This document shows positions 20,290 to 34,854 of a DNA stretch of 64,000 nucleotides, piece by piece. Each line of letters begins with the position of its first letter. The stretch's first letter is position 1. The position numbers and the translations under genes are program-made. The stretch covers positions 10,788,001-10,852,000 of the forward strand of contig OZ004609.1 in the NCBI GenBank assembly GCA_963924565.1, given 5' to 3'. The notes beneath the pieces are model-generated. The model was not told the origin of the DNA and made no database searches. It saw only the letters and a list, made by a program, of their open reading frames with translations. The DNA is from Ascidiella aspersa (Eukaryota).

Positions 20290-22720
20290 TACATACCCAG
20301 AAATTTTGAAAATCACCAGTTACACAATTCTGGTGGAACCATTTTTCCTCCGTCATCGGGCATACGGCAGTGGCAATAAACATAACATACCCAGCAAAAT
20401 GCCACAGATGGCGACTGTGCATTCATTGATTCTGCTAAGAACTTCATCCACGAAACTTATATTACTTTGCCTCAATGCGTATGTTAAAGATGTCCTCATT
20501 TTTTGTTGGAACATAGTGACTGTAGACGGATTAATGTTTTGCAACAAAAGCGCAGCATATCCGATTGCAAATAGGCCACAGTCATTAGCACCACCGGTTT
20601 GCTGCTGAACTGTTTCTACAGACATAATAATGTTGGCTTTTGGTTTTAGGAATTCACAAGCAGCTTTTTCAATGCTTATGGGATATCTAATCCCTCCGTC
20701 TTTACAACTTGATTTTTGCAAACTGTCATAAACAATAACTTCATTCATCTTTGCGAATACATTTAAAATATACACCCAATTACCTCTCACATTTACAATT
20801 TGTATAAACTTTTCAATTCCATTAGGCGTTGCCTAATATTACATCACTCAGTCCAGTTAAGTCTTTGTTTTCCATTAACATCATGGCAGCATTTATTAAT
20901 CTATTATCCCACCACTTTTCGGAATCCAATGTGGCGAGATCTGTTGTCGTTAAGTGGTACTTGTCCAACCAGTTAAAACTTTTATTGTTGTTATATTCTG
21001 TGGAAGTTGGTTGTTGAATATCATTTTCTGAGTTGCTGTCAAATTATGTTGGTTCGTGATGAATTCTTGAAATCGAAATTCGGCCAAACTTGTCAAAATG
21101 TACATATTTCTTTGTGTTTTTTTTTATTCTTTGAATGTTTTGGTTGTTTGACTTTGTATTTCGTAGGTCTATCAAAGATCTAAACAAAAATATATGGTTA
21201 AAAACTGCCTTCATTTGATTAAGAAAACGAATGTCTCGTTTCCTGCTTGAATATAATTGTGCTGCCCCTTGGCTATTAATAAATCCTTTCATTTCCACCA
21301 CATTGTCAAGGCGACGAAGAATTTCTTTCTCATCTTTAACATTGCCTTCGTGGAACCTGGCAAAAAGGCAAAGAGTCTAACAGAGCTTTTCGCAACTGGG
21401 TGGACTTCAGAGCTTTGTTGTTCGGTCTTTGTAGCTTGTCCATTGATCCACGGGAAGGATACATTTAACGACTTGTGTTTAGAAGACTCTATATTAATTT
21501 TAGTTGCTTCTGCTACCATTCCGTTATGTGGCTGAAACATCCCTGGTTTTCTTTTATTGTCATGAGCCACTACCATATTGGCCATATCAATGATAACAAT
21601 ATTCGGAGGATGCTTCATTGATAAAATAATGTCAACAAAATCGCGAGGACTTTCAGCTCGCAAAACAAACTTTAGCGCATAGACAACACCATGCTGGCAG
21701 GTTGCTGATGCCCAGCCACCAGAACAACCCCATAGCTTGCTGAAAGCCTGTTTAAAAGTAGCTTTGTTCACTGCAACAATAATATCAAGTTTAGATCCTT
21801 TAGATGGGGCGCCTATACTTTTAGCAAACGCTACAACTTCTTTCGCTGTAGAATGGCTAAGCAACTCAACAATTCTTTCTTCGGTAATTTTTCTGCAGTC
21901 ATCTTCAAGATTTTCAATCTTTCAGTCGCTACATTTCCGATGCTCTGTGTTCAATAACATATCACTCTTTCGTGTGTGTCTTCCAATAAATGGGGCCCAG
22001 CACAAAAGATTAGGTACCACTGGATATGGTAGATTTGCTTTAGCTGCAGGAAAACCACGTAATAACACAATTTTTCCACGTTTGTCCAAAATTACTCACA
22101 ATTTACAGGATCTGATTCGATTTTGTCATAGTTCTCTGGTAACGTTAAACTGGAAAGCGGACAGGGAAAAGCAATTTTTCTGTTAAGGTCAAAGGTTAAA
22201 ATTGTTGGATGGTGACCACAAAGATTACAATAAAAGTCATACGTGTGATCGCACAAGCAGTCAAAATGCAAATATGCATCAAGTACAGTTTGAGATGGCA
22301 AATTTTTCTTAATTCTTTCTTCTAAAATTTTAACCACTTATCCCACGGGAACATGTTGCATTAGGCAACATAAAACAAAATTGTCATTGTAGTTATGGAT
22401 ACCATCTTATCCGTTTGATATCTGTAACATGAATTTATAAACCCAACTAACCTTGCAATCCCAGTGACCTTAGCGATTCCAGCGATCCAAGCAATTCATT
22501 TGATCTTGGACTACGGTACATTTTATTAAAAATGTGATCAGTTCCTTACCTTATTTAGAATGGTTCCCTCCAATACCGCTGACTAAGGTTTAAATGAAGT
22601 GAATTAAATACTTCCATGGTTGGCAGCATAATATGCAAAGTCTTTCTCAAAAGTGTCCAATTATTTTTTATTACCTCCCGTGGAAAAATCTGTTTGTTGC
22701 ACAACACATGAAATTAAACA
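20290..22720 (-). pseudogene. Zisupton/HMGXB3-like KDZ transposase followed by Ulp1-like protease and PHD finger (frameshifted)
   Basis: CxC region FDCLCDHTYDFYCNLCGHHP, WGCSGGWASATCQHGVVYALKFVLRAESPRD, protease VIVYDSL...QQQTGGANDCGLFAIGYA, then a YCHCRMP stub. Confidence 0.8.
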
Positions 22721-23639
22721 TAAATTGCACTTAATTTACAGCTCTCAAATACATATATATAGAAGGCTTATAAGATTAAGATAATAATTCATTTTATTCT
22801 TAAATTCAACAATTAAAAAAAATTCTTACGCTGTTTAGTTGCTCCATCAATGTATATGGATCCGCTTTTTTTTTCGGTATAAAATTAATATTTTCTTTGA
22901 TTGTGTCAAGTGTTAATTCAGTGTAAAAAAACCCTTCTGATACCTCCTTGGGTACTCACATGTAGAAATCATGAAAAAAACATAAAATGCACTTAAAACG
23001 TCAACAGTTTACCAACTATTTAGCCACATTGAAAAAATATTTATATATACATAAATAATAATTATATATGTAACTACTAAATTATAAAATGCCCTTTTTT
23101 TGTGAATTATCTTCAGTTACGGCTGGTACTTGTGGTTATGCAATGTATGCAGGTAGACAAACTTTCAACAATGGCAGTAAAACCTTAAAGTAAACATCCC
23201 AAATTTTGGACAACAATTAAAATGTTTTAGACAATTTTTGTGTAAAAGCAGTTCTCCAAATGTGTAATTTAAATGAGGCTATGGAATTTGTCATTTCTTT
23301 ATTTGAATCAGTTTTTAGAATTGCTAATTCAGGATGATGCCGGTTTACAATGATGTTGTTGTAGCATTGGAATACATTAATATTGCTTGTTTCGACTGGT
23401 CAACAAAATAAGCAGTAAAGTGAATGTGATGCTGAGACAAGTATTTACAGGCATGGGTGGTAATTCAAGGCTGCAGGCATGGGTGTTTCAAGATAGGCGT
23501 TGATGTAAAAATTGAAAGATGTTGTACAGATTCCAGGCAAAAAATGCAAAATGCAATGTAATAAAGGTAAAAATAAAAAATTTGATTGTAAAGAAATATA
23601 AAACAAAATATTTCATTTAAAAAAGATGGGTTAACGCAA

Positions 23640-24090
23640 AACAAAAACATATATTTTGATATAAATTGATTGGAGCAAATTATTTGATTAAATATAAAAT
23701 GATTTAAAGATAAAGGAGATATTAACTAAAATGATTGAAAGATAAAAAGAAAGGTAAAGAACAGTATTCAAAAGAAATGGTTGATTGATTTATGAAAGAT
23801 GACTCTTTTAACTAAAAAATATAATTGATTAAATGATTTGGACAAACAATAAGTTGATTGGGGCAGATTATTTGATTAAAAATAAAAAGAAAGGTGAAGA
23901 ACAGTATTAAAAAGAAAATGGTTGACTTATGAATTATGACTCCACACAATGATTTAAATTGAAGTGGGGTTATAATAACTAAAAAGTTGTTTAATAAAAT
24001 GATTTGGACAAACATTAAATTGATTGGGGCACATTATTTCATAAAATATAAAATGATTAAAACATAAAATGAAGGGAAAGGACAGTATTT
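23640..24090. repeat. Degenerate AT-rich tandem repeat (~3 units)
   Basis: GATTGG(A/G)GCA.ATTATTT.AT.AAA.ATAAAA recurs at ~23668, ~23856 and ~24022. Confidence 0.6.
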
Positions 24091-27000
24091 AAAGTAAATA
24101 ATTAATTTTAACAAAGTGTTCATCAGTAGCAACAGCAGAAAGGTTATCTTTTTCTAATAAAATACTGTTTTGGCAAGCAAAGTAATTTTCGTTTGCTGCT
24201 GGTTCTTGTGTCATTCCTACACATGTGCTGTGGAACCACTGTGGACACCGAGAGCATTGTACCCAATGAACTTTTTTAGGGTCATCACATAGTTTGCACT
24301 TGTTGTTTCTTAGTGTTCCTTCAAGACAAGCCCCAACAACAGAATTGTATACTTGCTGGCGATAGTCAAATACTCCGGAATGCACAAGATTTTTGTTTGT
24401 TGCAAGCCATTTTGCATACATGCATACTAGGACCCCACAGCTATCTGTGTCTGCTTGTAGAGTCTGTGGCCAGCTTTCCACAGATGTAATGGAAAATTTG
24501 AACTTTTGTGTCATAAGATGATTTATAAATGCAAAAGCCCTTCGAACACTCATGTTTGTTTGAGTGCAAACCATTTGAACGGGATCAAGGTACAAAAGAA
24601 TTCGCTTTTCAATATCTACTGCAAGTAATATCCAATGTCGTCCACTTGGGTTCCACGGCACAAATATCCACTTCTTGTTAGTTAGAGATATTTTAGACAA
24701 CAATCTTTTAATTGAGCCTTTTTGCTGTAGAATTAGGGCAACCATTGATGACACATAGAGGATGTTGCTATGACATACACTAAGTTGCCATAAAAAAACA
24801 TTTACAATCTCATCATATACATCCTGCACGAAAACTGTGATCATGGGACAGCAAAACCAGTAATTCTCCTCTGGGTATGTGTGGCTCAATAGATTTTATT
24901 TGTAGCATTGATAAAGAATGTGGACCATTTTTAACTATGGTGTGTTCATGATGTTGAACAACATTAAGGTTCGGCGTGATTTTTTTAGTGTTACACTTTT
25001 GTCTTGGGTTCTGTAGCTCTTTAGCAGGTGATGGCAATGGCAGCATATTGTCTTTGTGTGTACCACAACTTGCAGAAAGTTTGTTTTGTATTCTTGGGGT
25101 TGGATATAGCGTGACAACTTGATGCAATGCCTGCATCTCATTAGCGAGTGCTCCAGATCTTGAAGCAAAGTAGTTTGGTTTTGGATGTTTCCGAGGAATC
25201 TCATTATGACAAAGACTGTTTGAAGGATGCTTTCGTTTGATTTTTAAAGAAGTTTTTGTTAAATCTTTTTTTATTGACTTGTTTGTACAATATTTTGTTG
25301 AATCTAAAGCATTACGCGAAACTTTTAACCCAGCATCATAACTGCATGTTTTTGTAATAGCTATAATAACCTCAGAGAGATTTTGCTCAACTTCTTTTAA
25401 AACTTTCTCGGATCCAGCATCATATATCAAATTTTTTATTTCTGCAAGTTGGTCTACAATGTTTTTGGTAGTCTTGGGGTTTGGTTTGTCATCAGTTTTT
25501 GGTGTGTAGTAAAACTCAGCGGATGCTTACACTCATTGCTTGTTACTGTTATATTTTGATCTGTAGTTGAAATTGGAGTGCCAACAGAACTCTCATTTAA
25601 GTTTTCTTTAGGTGCGATCTTCCTAACAATGTCATCGTCTAGTGTTAAAAACACAGAATTGCTGTACCATTGAGGTAAGCTAAACCAAGAAACGTCATCA
25701 AATGTTTTGAAAATGGCAAACATGTGCTTGCACGGCAAAATATTTTGTCTGAAGTCAGGGCATGTACATTTTGGAAACTCCTGTGCAGAGCCAAGTCGAA
25801 CATTATATATCTCATTATTTAAAGTGCTTTTTACAGTAAAAGTATTGCCAATCCTTGAGATACTTCCAGCCTTAACACCTGTGGACTGTGCAATTCTTTG
25901 CATGCAAAACTTAAAAGGTATTCGGGCGGTTTTTCAAATAAAAAGGAAAATTATCATTGTACTTTCTGTAGGAACCTGATGACCTCAGATTCTTTTCCTC
26001 GTACCTGTATTACAAAATATATTTAGTAAGCAACAGGCATACTGTTAATTTAATATTGTTACCTTCGTTTAGCTTCTAGAAGAAATTCTTTATGCAGAAT
26101 TGTTACTAATCCTGAAAGTGACTTATCTGTGCGAAATTTTATGTGGCACTCCTTAAGAACGCGGTTCTGCCTCTCCACACCTTGTTGGTTCTGATTAATA
26201 CTTTCAGTCTATCTGCTCGATAAAGGTACACCCATCGCTATAACAAAACTATTTCAAAATTCTTAAAAAATGTACAAATATACTTTTTAATATATTATTA
26301 TAGTTTAACCTTCTCTTTTAGCCACATGTTCTCAAAGTATCTTTGTAATTTCAAGTTGTTTTGCCAAAGCTCATTTGACCTTAAATTCTGCAATGCTTTA
26401 ATAAAGACACTTTTTGAGTTTCTGCCTGAGCTACACTTCTAATATGTTTTAGAACTTCCTCTCTTCTGTCCCCAACATTATTTTCAGTCCTTTTTACCCA
26501 TCTTTCCCATGCCTGCTCTCGATGGAAATCACAAATTAATACCCTGCAATCTGCAGAAAAATATTAAATAAATAACTTGTAAATCTTTGTAAAACCTACT
26601 TCAACAACAAGCAAAAATGTCTTCAATAATTATTATAGTACCACCTACATTTGCTTTACTCCCAAGAATGTTTTTACCTGTAAAAGTTCTTTCTATTGCA
26701 TTTATCTCTGCATCACATTTGTCCGTCATGAAAAAAGTAGGACTCCAATTAGGACACCATGATTTTAAAACATTCAGCGCTTCTTCAATATCTGCCTGCC
26801 TTTCATTCTGTGTAAACATTGGTTTTTACGCACAAGAAAAATAAAGGTAGGGCATATTTTGATGTTTTATATGTGGCATCCAACCGGCAGAGATATCTTG
26901 TCCATAACGGAGAAGCAGTCTGCGTTGCCAAGCAAACTGGTGGACAAATAGAAGCGCTGACAGTTGGAGAATAAGAGCACAATCATCAGTATTTTTTTCT

Positions 27001-28130
27001 AAATCTGGCAAAAAATTTGTGTCAGCAATATAGGGTCTAAACATAATATTGTCATCCTTAAGAGCTTCCTTTTTCCATTGGTCCACTAACAATTGGACAT
27101 TACTTTGGTCAATTTTAGCAAGCCTTCGTTTTGCGAAAGACCTGCAATAGTGGTTCTGAATGTCTTTTTTTAATGGAAAAAATCTTCGATTTGAGGTCAA
27201 TGGAGTAGTTTCCTTATTTTCAAAAAGTTCTTGGACAACGTATATATAAAGTCCTCGTTTGATTTCCTGTATATTGTGTACACCATTGTTAACCATTTCA
27301 TCAATTTTTGATTTCAGTCTTTGGTCTACTTTTTGAAATATTCCTGCCGCCTAAAAATTATTAAAAAACAATATATTAATATAATTTTTCCATTAAATAT
27401 AACAAGGGATTTAATTCAATAAAGTCTAACAGCAGCCAATTGTAAATAATTATGATTTCTTTTAGCACAGTAACAAACCTGTCCCAACACATGCCCAGAA
27501 TGTTCATCCTCATGGGGAAATGTAATGCTACATGCAGCTTCCTTGACTAATATTGTTCATCTTTTTTATCCAAGATCCTTTTGCGAAGTATTTTTATTTC
27601 GAAAGAAGAAATAGTTGAGTTTAAGCACTTAGTTACGTAGCATGATACATACTTGATATTGCGGAAATGTAATAACTTCTCTAATCGTTATCTTAGCCTT
27701 GCAACCCATTTTTTTTTTAACATTGTAAGTTTAAATTGGTTTTAAATGGTTGGGGATGGTCCAGCAACTGAGAAAACAAGCATTATTTAACATACAAGTT
27801 ATTACTTGTTTGGGAATTTGCCGTGCTCTTTTATCATTGCTTGCTTTGTTATAGTCTTTTCCATGTTGACAGATGAGTTCCTTTCTTTTTGTAACAACAA
27901 TATATGGTATTGATTCCTCATCCCACTGAATTGGACTTTTTGACAAATCTACCACAAGATAAGTTAAAACATAAAGCTAAGATGAAACAAACGATTGTAA
28001 GTAGTTTTTATAGAAATGCCTACCATGGGAGTGGTTGCGATATGCAATAAACTTAGTTGTAGGAAATATTTCTAAAGTTTGTAAGAGCATCTTCAGCTTT
28101 TTGGATTGATGAAAACCACTTAAGACATAA
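24089..28130 (-). pseudogene. Multi-exon Mutator-like transposase gene: MULE core, SWIM, Ulp1-like protease, PHD
   Basis: LFVHQFAWQRRLLLRYG, DAT(Y)K, FFMTDKCDAEINAI, ICDFHREQAWERW, SWIM CTCPDF...PCKH, HWILLAVD...QADTDSCGV, WVQCSRCPQWFHSTCVG. Confidence 0.85.
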
Positions 28131-29164
28131 AACATCAGTATAGGTTATTTACTATTTAGTTCTATCAGACTGACATAACACTGTACCTTGATGTTTAGTT
28201 TCTTTGTTTGGGGCATAGGTTTATCAGTGGGTCTTTGAGAAACATCCTTAAAAACAGATGTTAACTTTTTAACAACTTTTAAAATAATATTAATACCCGC
28301 TAACAATTTACAGGGGCAATAAAATATAATTACCAAAATTTTAGAATTACGAATTGTTAGAAAATATCCTTCATCTTTTTGAAAATCCGCATTAAAAAGT
28401 GATTCTCGAATGATTTTACTACATTTTCTCTTATAACCACCATTTTGCCAATTTGTTTCTGACTAAAAACAATTTTTACATTGATAAAAACAGTTTTGTT
28501 GCACATGATTTAATTCTTTTTAAAAATGACGAATAACTCTACAAAACATATTCTTACCGATCCAAGGTAGGCAGGAGATGCAGCATGGTCAGGGGGTGCA
28601 GTAGGGCCTGGGGATGTAAATGTTAGATGGTTTAGGATCATTGTGCCCTAGGGCGGCTCACACCTATCTGACATTTTCGATAAGCCATACTACCTTTAAA
28701 AGCTCGAAAGATTTATTTAGGAGATATTTTGAATTTGATTAGCTTTCCAGGAAAAATATTATGCGAAACAATTAGGCGGGAAAACAGCGGGCATAATAGC
28801 GGAACGTTTAAGTATTCTATTTCAGCAAAAATATTTATATATTATTAATTTAATAAAATATTTTTGTTTAAAAACTAATTTGTATGTTATATTTTACGTC
28901 AATTGACACGTAAAACATGAATTTAAAAAAAAAACTCTCTCCTGCAACTTGTAGATGTAAATAAACCTACCTAATAATAGTATACTCACATGCAGTAGGC
29001 CATGTGTATTATTAAAACAACAGATAAGTAAATGAAATAAATAACAGGCGTAGTATATATCAAACTAGATTTTTTTATTAAACACAGTGGTTCTACTGAG
29101 GACCGCGACTGAAGTGACAAGAAGGGTTAGGAAAATAAAAAATGATTTTATTTAATTTTAAGTT

Positions 29165-29635
29165 AAAAAATTTATTCGAACGCCGTTTTGACGCCTTAAA
29201 CCACCACACAGTATGTTCGGTAAAAATTCGCCCGTATATGCGTTATTATGCGAACGCCCGTATATGAGGAGACCTAGCCAAATATATGGGTAATTTACTA
29301 CACCACTTGATAAGTGTGACGTCATGATAAAGACATGATATGACGTCATAGCTGTCAGGCAACACAAACACCTTATAACGACCAAGTAAAATTTATTCGA
29401 ACGCCATTCCGACGCCTTACACCACATATAGTACGTTCGGTAGAGAAATTCGCCCTGTATATGCATGCGACCTAGCCAAATATATGAGTAATTTACCTAC
29501 ACCACTAGATAGATTAGTGTGACGTAATGATAAAGACATAATATGACGTCATAACTGTCAGGCAACACAAACACCTTATGGCCAACTAAAATTTATTCGA
29601 ACGCCATTCCGACGGCTTACACCACACAGTATGTG
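29165..29635. repeat. Tandem repeat, ~200-220-bp unit, about 2.2 copies
   Basis: AAAATTTATTCGAACGCC at ~29167, ~29388 and ~29588 with collinear interiors. Confidence 0.85.
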
Positions 29636-29984
29636 CACTGCAAACCAAATTGGGTAGGTAGTTACTTAAACATGCATTGTGAGATCCAAAATCCAAGCAT
29701 TATAGGAAAGTTTCCTCCTATTAGCTGAAATTTTATGACGTCACAGATGCTCAGCTGAGCGGAACGCACATTCTTTACAGAAAGTTAGGTAATTTGACAA
29801 AAAATTCGTCTAGTGAGTGTGTTTGCTCGATGCTAAGTTAATCTTTTACTCCACATGAATAAAATGTAGTAACATTCATTAAAATAAAAAAATTTCTGAA
29901 AATTTAGTTATGAGAAGTTGAGAACAGTTGGTTTTTATAGTAAGTGCCATGAAACCAATTGACTCGTTAAAAGTTTTCTAATTT

Positions 29985-30340
29985 ATTTTAAATGTATTTG
30001 AAACCTGGTGCTCTAACACAGTCATCCTAAGGCCAACCTGATTTATTATATTGAATCAATGTTACCTAAATGCTAATATAGTTTCTTCCAATAGCTGCTT
30101 TGCTACTTTTGTAAACTATACTTCTAAAAAAACAGGACTTTCTTCACCTGGCATTACTTGTTAAGAACATGTTGGGTACTCCAACAATAATCATTGCAAC
30201 CTTCTGTGTTTTTAAATAAATTTTAATATAACGTAACGCCCTTTTTCAGCAACATGATGATACCATATAAAAAGTTGCCTTTAAAATAAATCAAGATTTT
30301 CCAGCCGCACCCTAGAGGTGTAATCTTTTGCGGTCATTCC
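29985..30340 (+). repeat. Dispersed repeat homologous to ~58775-59002
   Basis: Shared TTTAAATGTATTT.AAA.CTGGTGCT and AATCAAGATTTTCCA.CCGCACCCT.GAGGT..AATCTTTTGCGGTCATT. Confidence 0.7.
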
Positions 30341-31079
30341 CATTAAACACAAAACGTTTTTAGGTAATCTTCAAATCGTTTAAAACTCGCAATCGTCTTG
30401 GTCTTATTTAGGTCTTCAGAATGTCTAAAATCGTAAGGGTAAATAAAGCGCTAAAACTCGACTAGTAGACGTATTAAAAAATCGTCTTTTAATCGTCTAA
30501 AATTCGTTTTCGTTTTGGTCTAGTTTACGTCTATGGGAAATCGTAACCGTAAAACACGATCATAAAAATCGTTTCTTTTTTAGGGGGCTTAAAACGTATT
30601 GAGGACATCTTTAATTCGTCTAAAACAAATCGACTATTTGTCTTTCGTAACGTCAAATAACACATTTTCAGGAGATTGTAAAATGTCTTCAACTCATCTT
30701 AACTTCGTTTATAGTCACACGTGTTAGACGTCTTTATAAATTTAACTAACGTGTGACATTATCAGAGTATTCCTTCATTTCACCGCAACATATTAAACTT
30801 GCAAATCACTGTTCACAGTTGCTTGTATGTGTTAAGCATGTGCTCTTTATAAAGGGCAACACAATGACGTGATCAACATTTTAGCATGCAGTTGACGAAG
30901 AGTTTGTAGAAACTGTAAAGACATAAAAAAATAAACGGTTTGTAAAACCACATTCCTTTAAAAAAAATATAAAATAGGATACAAAATTACTTAGGGACCT
31001 CATTAAACAAAAAATATAGCCTACTTATTTTAACCACAGCCGGAAATAAGCAGGTTGTGCGGGACTTAAAATGTGTAAA

Positions 31080-32828
31080 GCAAGATTCACACCAGACGCG
31101 GTTGGCGGCAAGTGGCGCGTTTTTGCGTTCGACGGCAAGCGACAGGGTATTCACACCAGACGGCGTCATGCCGTGACGGCGTGATTTTTTCGCTTGAAAC
31201 GGCTGACGGCAAAGTTAAATCAGATTTAACTTTTCCGTCAGCCGCACTACTTGCAGACTGAAGAGCTGTGTGCAGAACCTTGTTGCAACGGGACAATTTC
31301 GTAGTTTTAAGTTGGTTGGCTTGAGGATAGAAGGTTTATGTAATATTTATTTATGGTAAGGGTACAGTTTGTCCTTCCCTAATATTTTTTTTTGAAAAAG
31401 TGTCGCAAGAAGAGTAAAAGACACGATGAAAGGTGCAATAATGTTGGTTTGATTTAATTATTTTGGTGTTGTGTTGTAGACTTTTGTTAAGATAAAACTT
31501 TTGCTTAAAAAACAATGGAATTCAATGAAATGCTGATACAATTGGTTCAGGATTCTCCCTGTATATATGGTTCTGGTAGCAGCCAGTACAAGGATCAAAA
31601 GCGGAAAGAAAATGTGTGGAAACATATTGCCCAACAAACTGGCCAGACAAATAAGACTTGATACCCGGTAAATTATTTTAATTATGACACGATTATCAAT
31701 GTTGCAGTTGAAACTTGCATGAAGCGCTGGTAGAGTTTGCGAGACCGCTTTGCTAAAGAAAAGAGGAAGAATGAAAATGCACAAAAAAGTGGTGCTGCTG
31801 CTGCAAATTTACAGGGAGCACTATGAGGCTCTTAAATTTTTGCAAGAGCATTTGAGGCATAAAGTGTGTGATTTTTAAAATTAATAGAAATTTTTTAAAT
31901 GTGCTCTGTTAACAACTGTGATTTTTCATAGGACTGTTGGCAACTTTCGCCAAACCTCCAGTCCAATTATTAATTTCACACAAGATGAAGAGCTATACCA
32001 AAAGATGGTATTTTTATATTTGTTTGGTTTCAATCAATTCAATTTAACATATACTAATGTATAGTGTCTTGCACTTTTTGTATGCTTATGTGCACTTTTG
32101 TACAGTCTAGTTGTTTTCAATTTCATATGCTCCTGGTGTTTTGTTAGTGTGTCTTGTATTTTTACATGCTTTTTTGTAATTTTTATATTCCAAGTGTTAA
32201 TTGTGTGTACTCATGGTATTCTGTTACCTCATTATATTTTTTGTTCTGTATTATTAGCCAATGTTTATGCTGTTTCTGGCTTATCAAACATGAAAATGTG
32301 CAAAAGCTTTGTTTGCTTTAATATGTACAAAAACAAATTTAACAAAACAGTGAATGAAAAGAACGAGGTTCATATGTAGCAAAGGTAATGCAGATCCTTA
32401 CTGGGCTTTAATAACAAATTGTTCACATTGCTAAGATATTTGTCTTAATAAATAAAAAACATGCATGACTATTTGATTCTTTACTGGGGTGGGGTTTAAT
32501 ATACTCCTTCTGTCAAGCACACTGACCCACTTTATTTGGCTATAAGCGTCCAAAAGCGCAAATAACCATGGACACATAAGTTATGAACCGTTACTTTTCG
32601 TGCCCTTTTGAATTTGGCAAAGCCTTTGTTCAGTACAAGATGATCCATTCCTATCCCGCTGTGTTTGCAAGACAAAAACACTTCGTCGCCGCGTCGCCGC
32701 GTCGCCAAACGCATAGCTGGTGTGAACGCCGTTTTTGCGTCAAACGTCGCGCGGAAGAAACGCGATCAACCGTTGCCGCCGCTTATCGCCAGCCGTCACC
32801 GTCAACCGCGTCTGGTGTGCAGAGCCCT
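31080..32828 (+). mobile_element. Non-autonomous PIF/Harbinger derivative with MADF (Myb/SANT-like) gene remnant
   Basis: Inverted CACACCAGACGCGGTTG.CGG at ~31088 and ~32820. 31515-31860 reads MEFNEMLIQLVQDSPCIY..QYKDQKRKENVWKHIA and KRW*SLRDRFAKE. Confidence 0.75.
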
Positions 32829-34854
32829 TTAGTAGTGTTAACCAAACCTTAAAAAACCTGTGTACATCTCATAGAATAATAGCAATATTTACACCGAGCA
32901 AAAATGTAGAAAAAGTCTTGTAAAAGGAGGCCTAATAATTATTGTTTTTAGGACATTTGGTTATGTGAGTTTTTAATTGTTGGTGTGCTTCAAGGGTGGA
33001 ATATTAACACAAATTTATAAACGAAATAATGTGTGCTGCGTTTGTTGCCTTTTCAGAGCTGCTTTCTTTAATCTAAAAATGGAAAATCCTTTACTACTTG
33101 CAAATCCACTACAGAAACTGAAGCCTATTTTGCGAGCCAATGTTTCATTCAAGGTAATATTATTTAAATTGCATTTGAAAAAAGGCACCTTATACTGAGA
33201 AAATTTCAGCAAATGTTTAACGGTTATTTTGGCTTGACAATCCATGTTATTAGTTCTTTGTATATGAAGCCTTCTTTTAAAAGGAGTTGGATGATCTTTA
33301 AGCTTTAAACAATGGTGTTAACTAAAATGTCATGCGCGCTAATAACTGCTAGAATCAATTTTTATTTATAAAAGTTACCTGGTCTGGAGTTTGTGTTTGG
33401 CGGGAAGCATTCGATGCTTTATTGCGGTGTTTAATAGCATGTTGGCATTCAAGGAATGGTTTTAAATGATCAAAATAGAAATTATTTAATTTGAAACGAT
33501 ATATATATATATATATATATCATTTAAATTAATATTTGCCATATTTATTATAGACAATAAATTTGGTTAAAGTTGTTCGTTCAAATTTGAATAGCAGTTT
33601 CAACTTCTTTCATTGAGAAGAAACACTCTTAAAAAAAAAATTTCTTGAAATGTTTATATCTATTTTATCAATATGTTATTACCATACATACATTCACAAA
33701 GCAATTATATACTTTAAAACTAAAATAATAGTTTTGTTATCTGAGTTACACAGTTTTTAGCAATGTAGCAAAATGCGCAAAAAATATCTTTCTCGATAAA
33801 AACACAAACCATTACAACAAGTACACCGAAAGCCATTGCAGACTAGCTAAATACTAAAAAACAGGTTAACTGAAAACAAATGGACTATGTTAAAAACAGA
33901 ATATGTATTGTAAACCGACAACAAAAAAATAGTGTTTTATTTTTTTTTCCAAATTGATTAATATAGATTACTATAAAAAGAAATATATCACTATGGTAAA
34001 AACCTTTATTGTTCTTAATAAATATAGGTTATTACTTGAAAGGCACTACTACCTTAATAATTTGCTTTTCAACAGTATGTATCTTTTCTCCTTCCTTTAA
34101 CTCCTGAACATTTAACATCAACTTTACATCAGGTTGATATTTTATACCTTATTTTTTTTTAAATAAAAAAGTTTACATTTCCAGAATATTTTACTAAAAA
34201 TCCGCTCACTCTCTTTAAAGATGTGTAGCTTTTCTAATTACTTTGCTGGCAGTTTTTTCGTTAGATGTTATGTCAAATCACATCTTATCTATAGAAATTA
34301 AAGTTTCAAAATAATATAGCAGCAACAACACAACTAAAGATAATTGCAAAAATAATTAGAAGTACTTTGTGTTGTGGAAATCTTTCTGTTCAGAAATTGT
34401 CAACATCTTTTCATTGGGGGATATATTCCAGGAGTCGTATGAATTAACAATATATGGACTTAGTGATTCATCCCAATTTACTTGGTTGTTTACACTGTCT
34501 GTAAAGTTTTATAAATAGGTATTTATTTAAAAAAACAAAACTGAAACTTTAACAAATTTAAATTTATGGTTATCTGAAAATTCTTGCAAAAAGTTTCTTG
34601 CATCCTCCTTTGATTTAAACCACTAAAAAATAGATAATGTACCTGCTGTCGTTACTATTATACGAAAATAAATGATAAGAAACGTTGTTGTCAGAACAGC
34701 GTTTACCAACCAGCATAGTTAAATGTACATAATAAAACATACTTGACGTTGTCTTGTTTCAATAAAAAATGATATTTTCTGGTGCCAGTAAAAACGAAGT
34801 ATATTTCTGTCAGCAGGAGCTAAAATTAAGTTATTTTCCTTTATTAGTATTGTG

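Noticed and set aside
34300-34630. Possible third MULE 5' fragment (VNWDESLSPYIV, WFKSKEDA on the minus strand)
   Set aside because: Too short and degraded to call with confidence.
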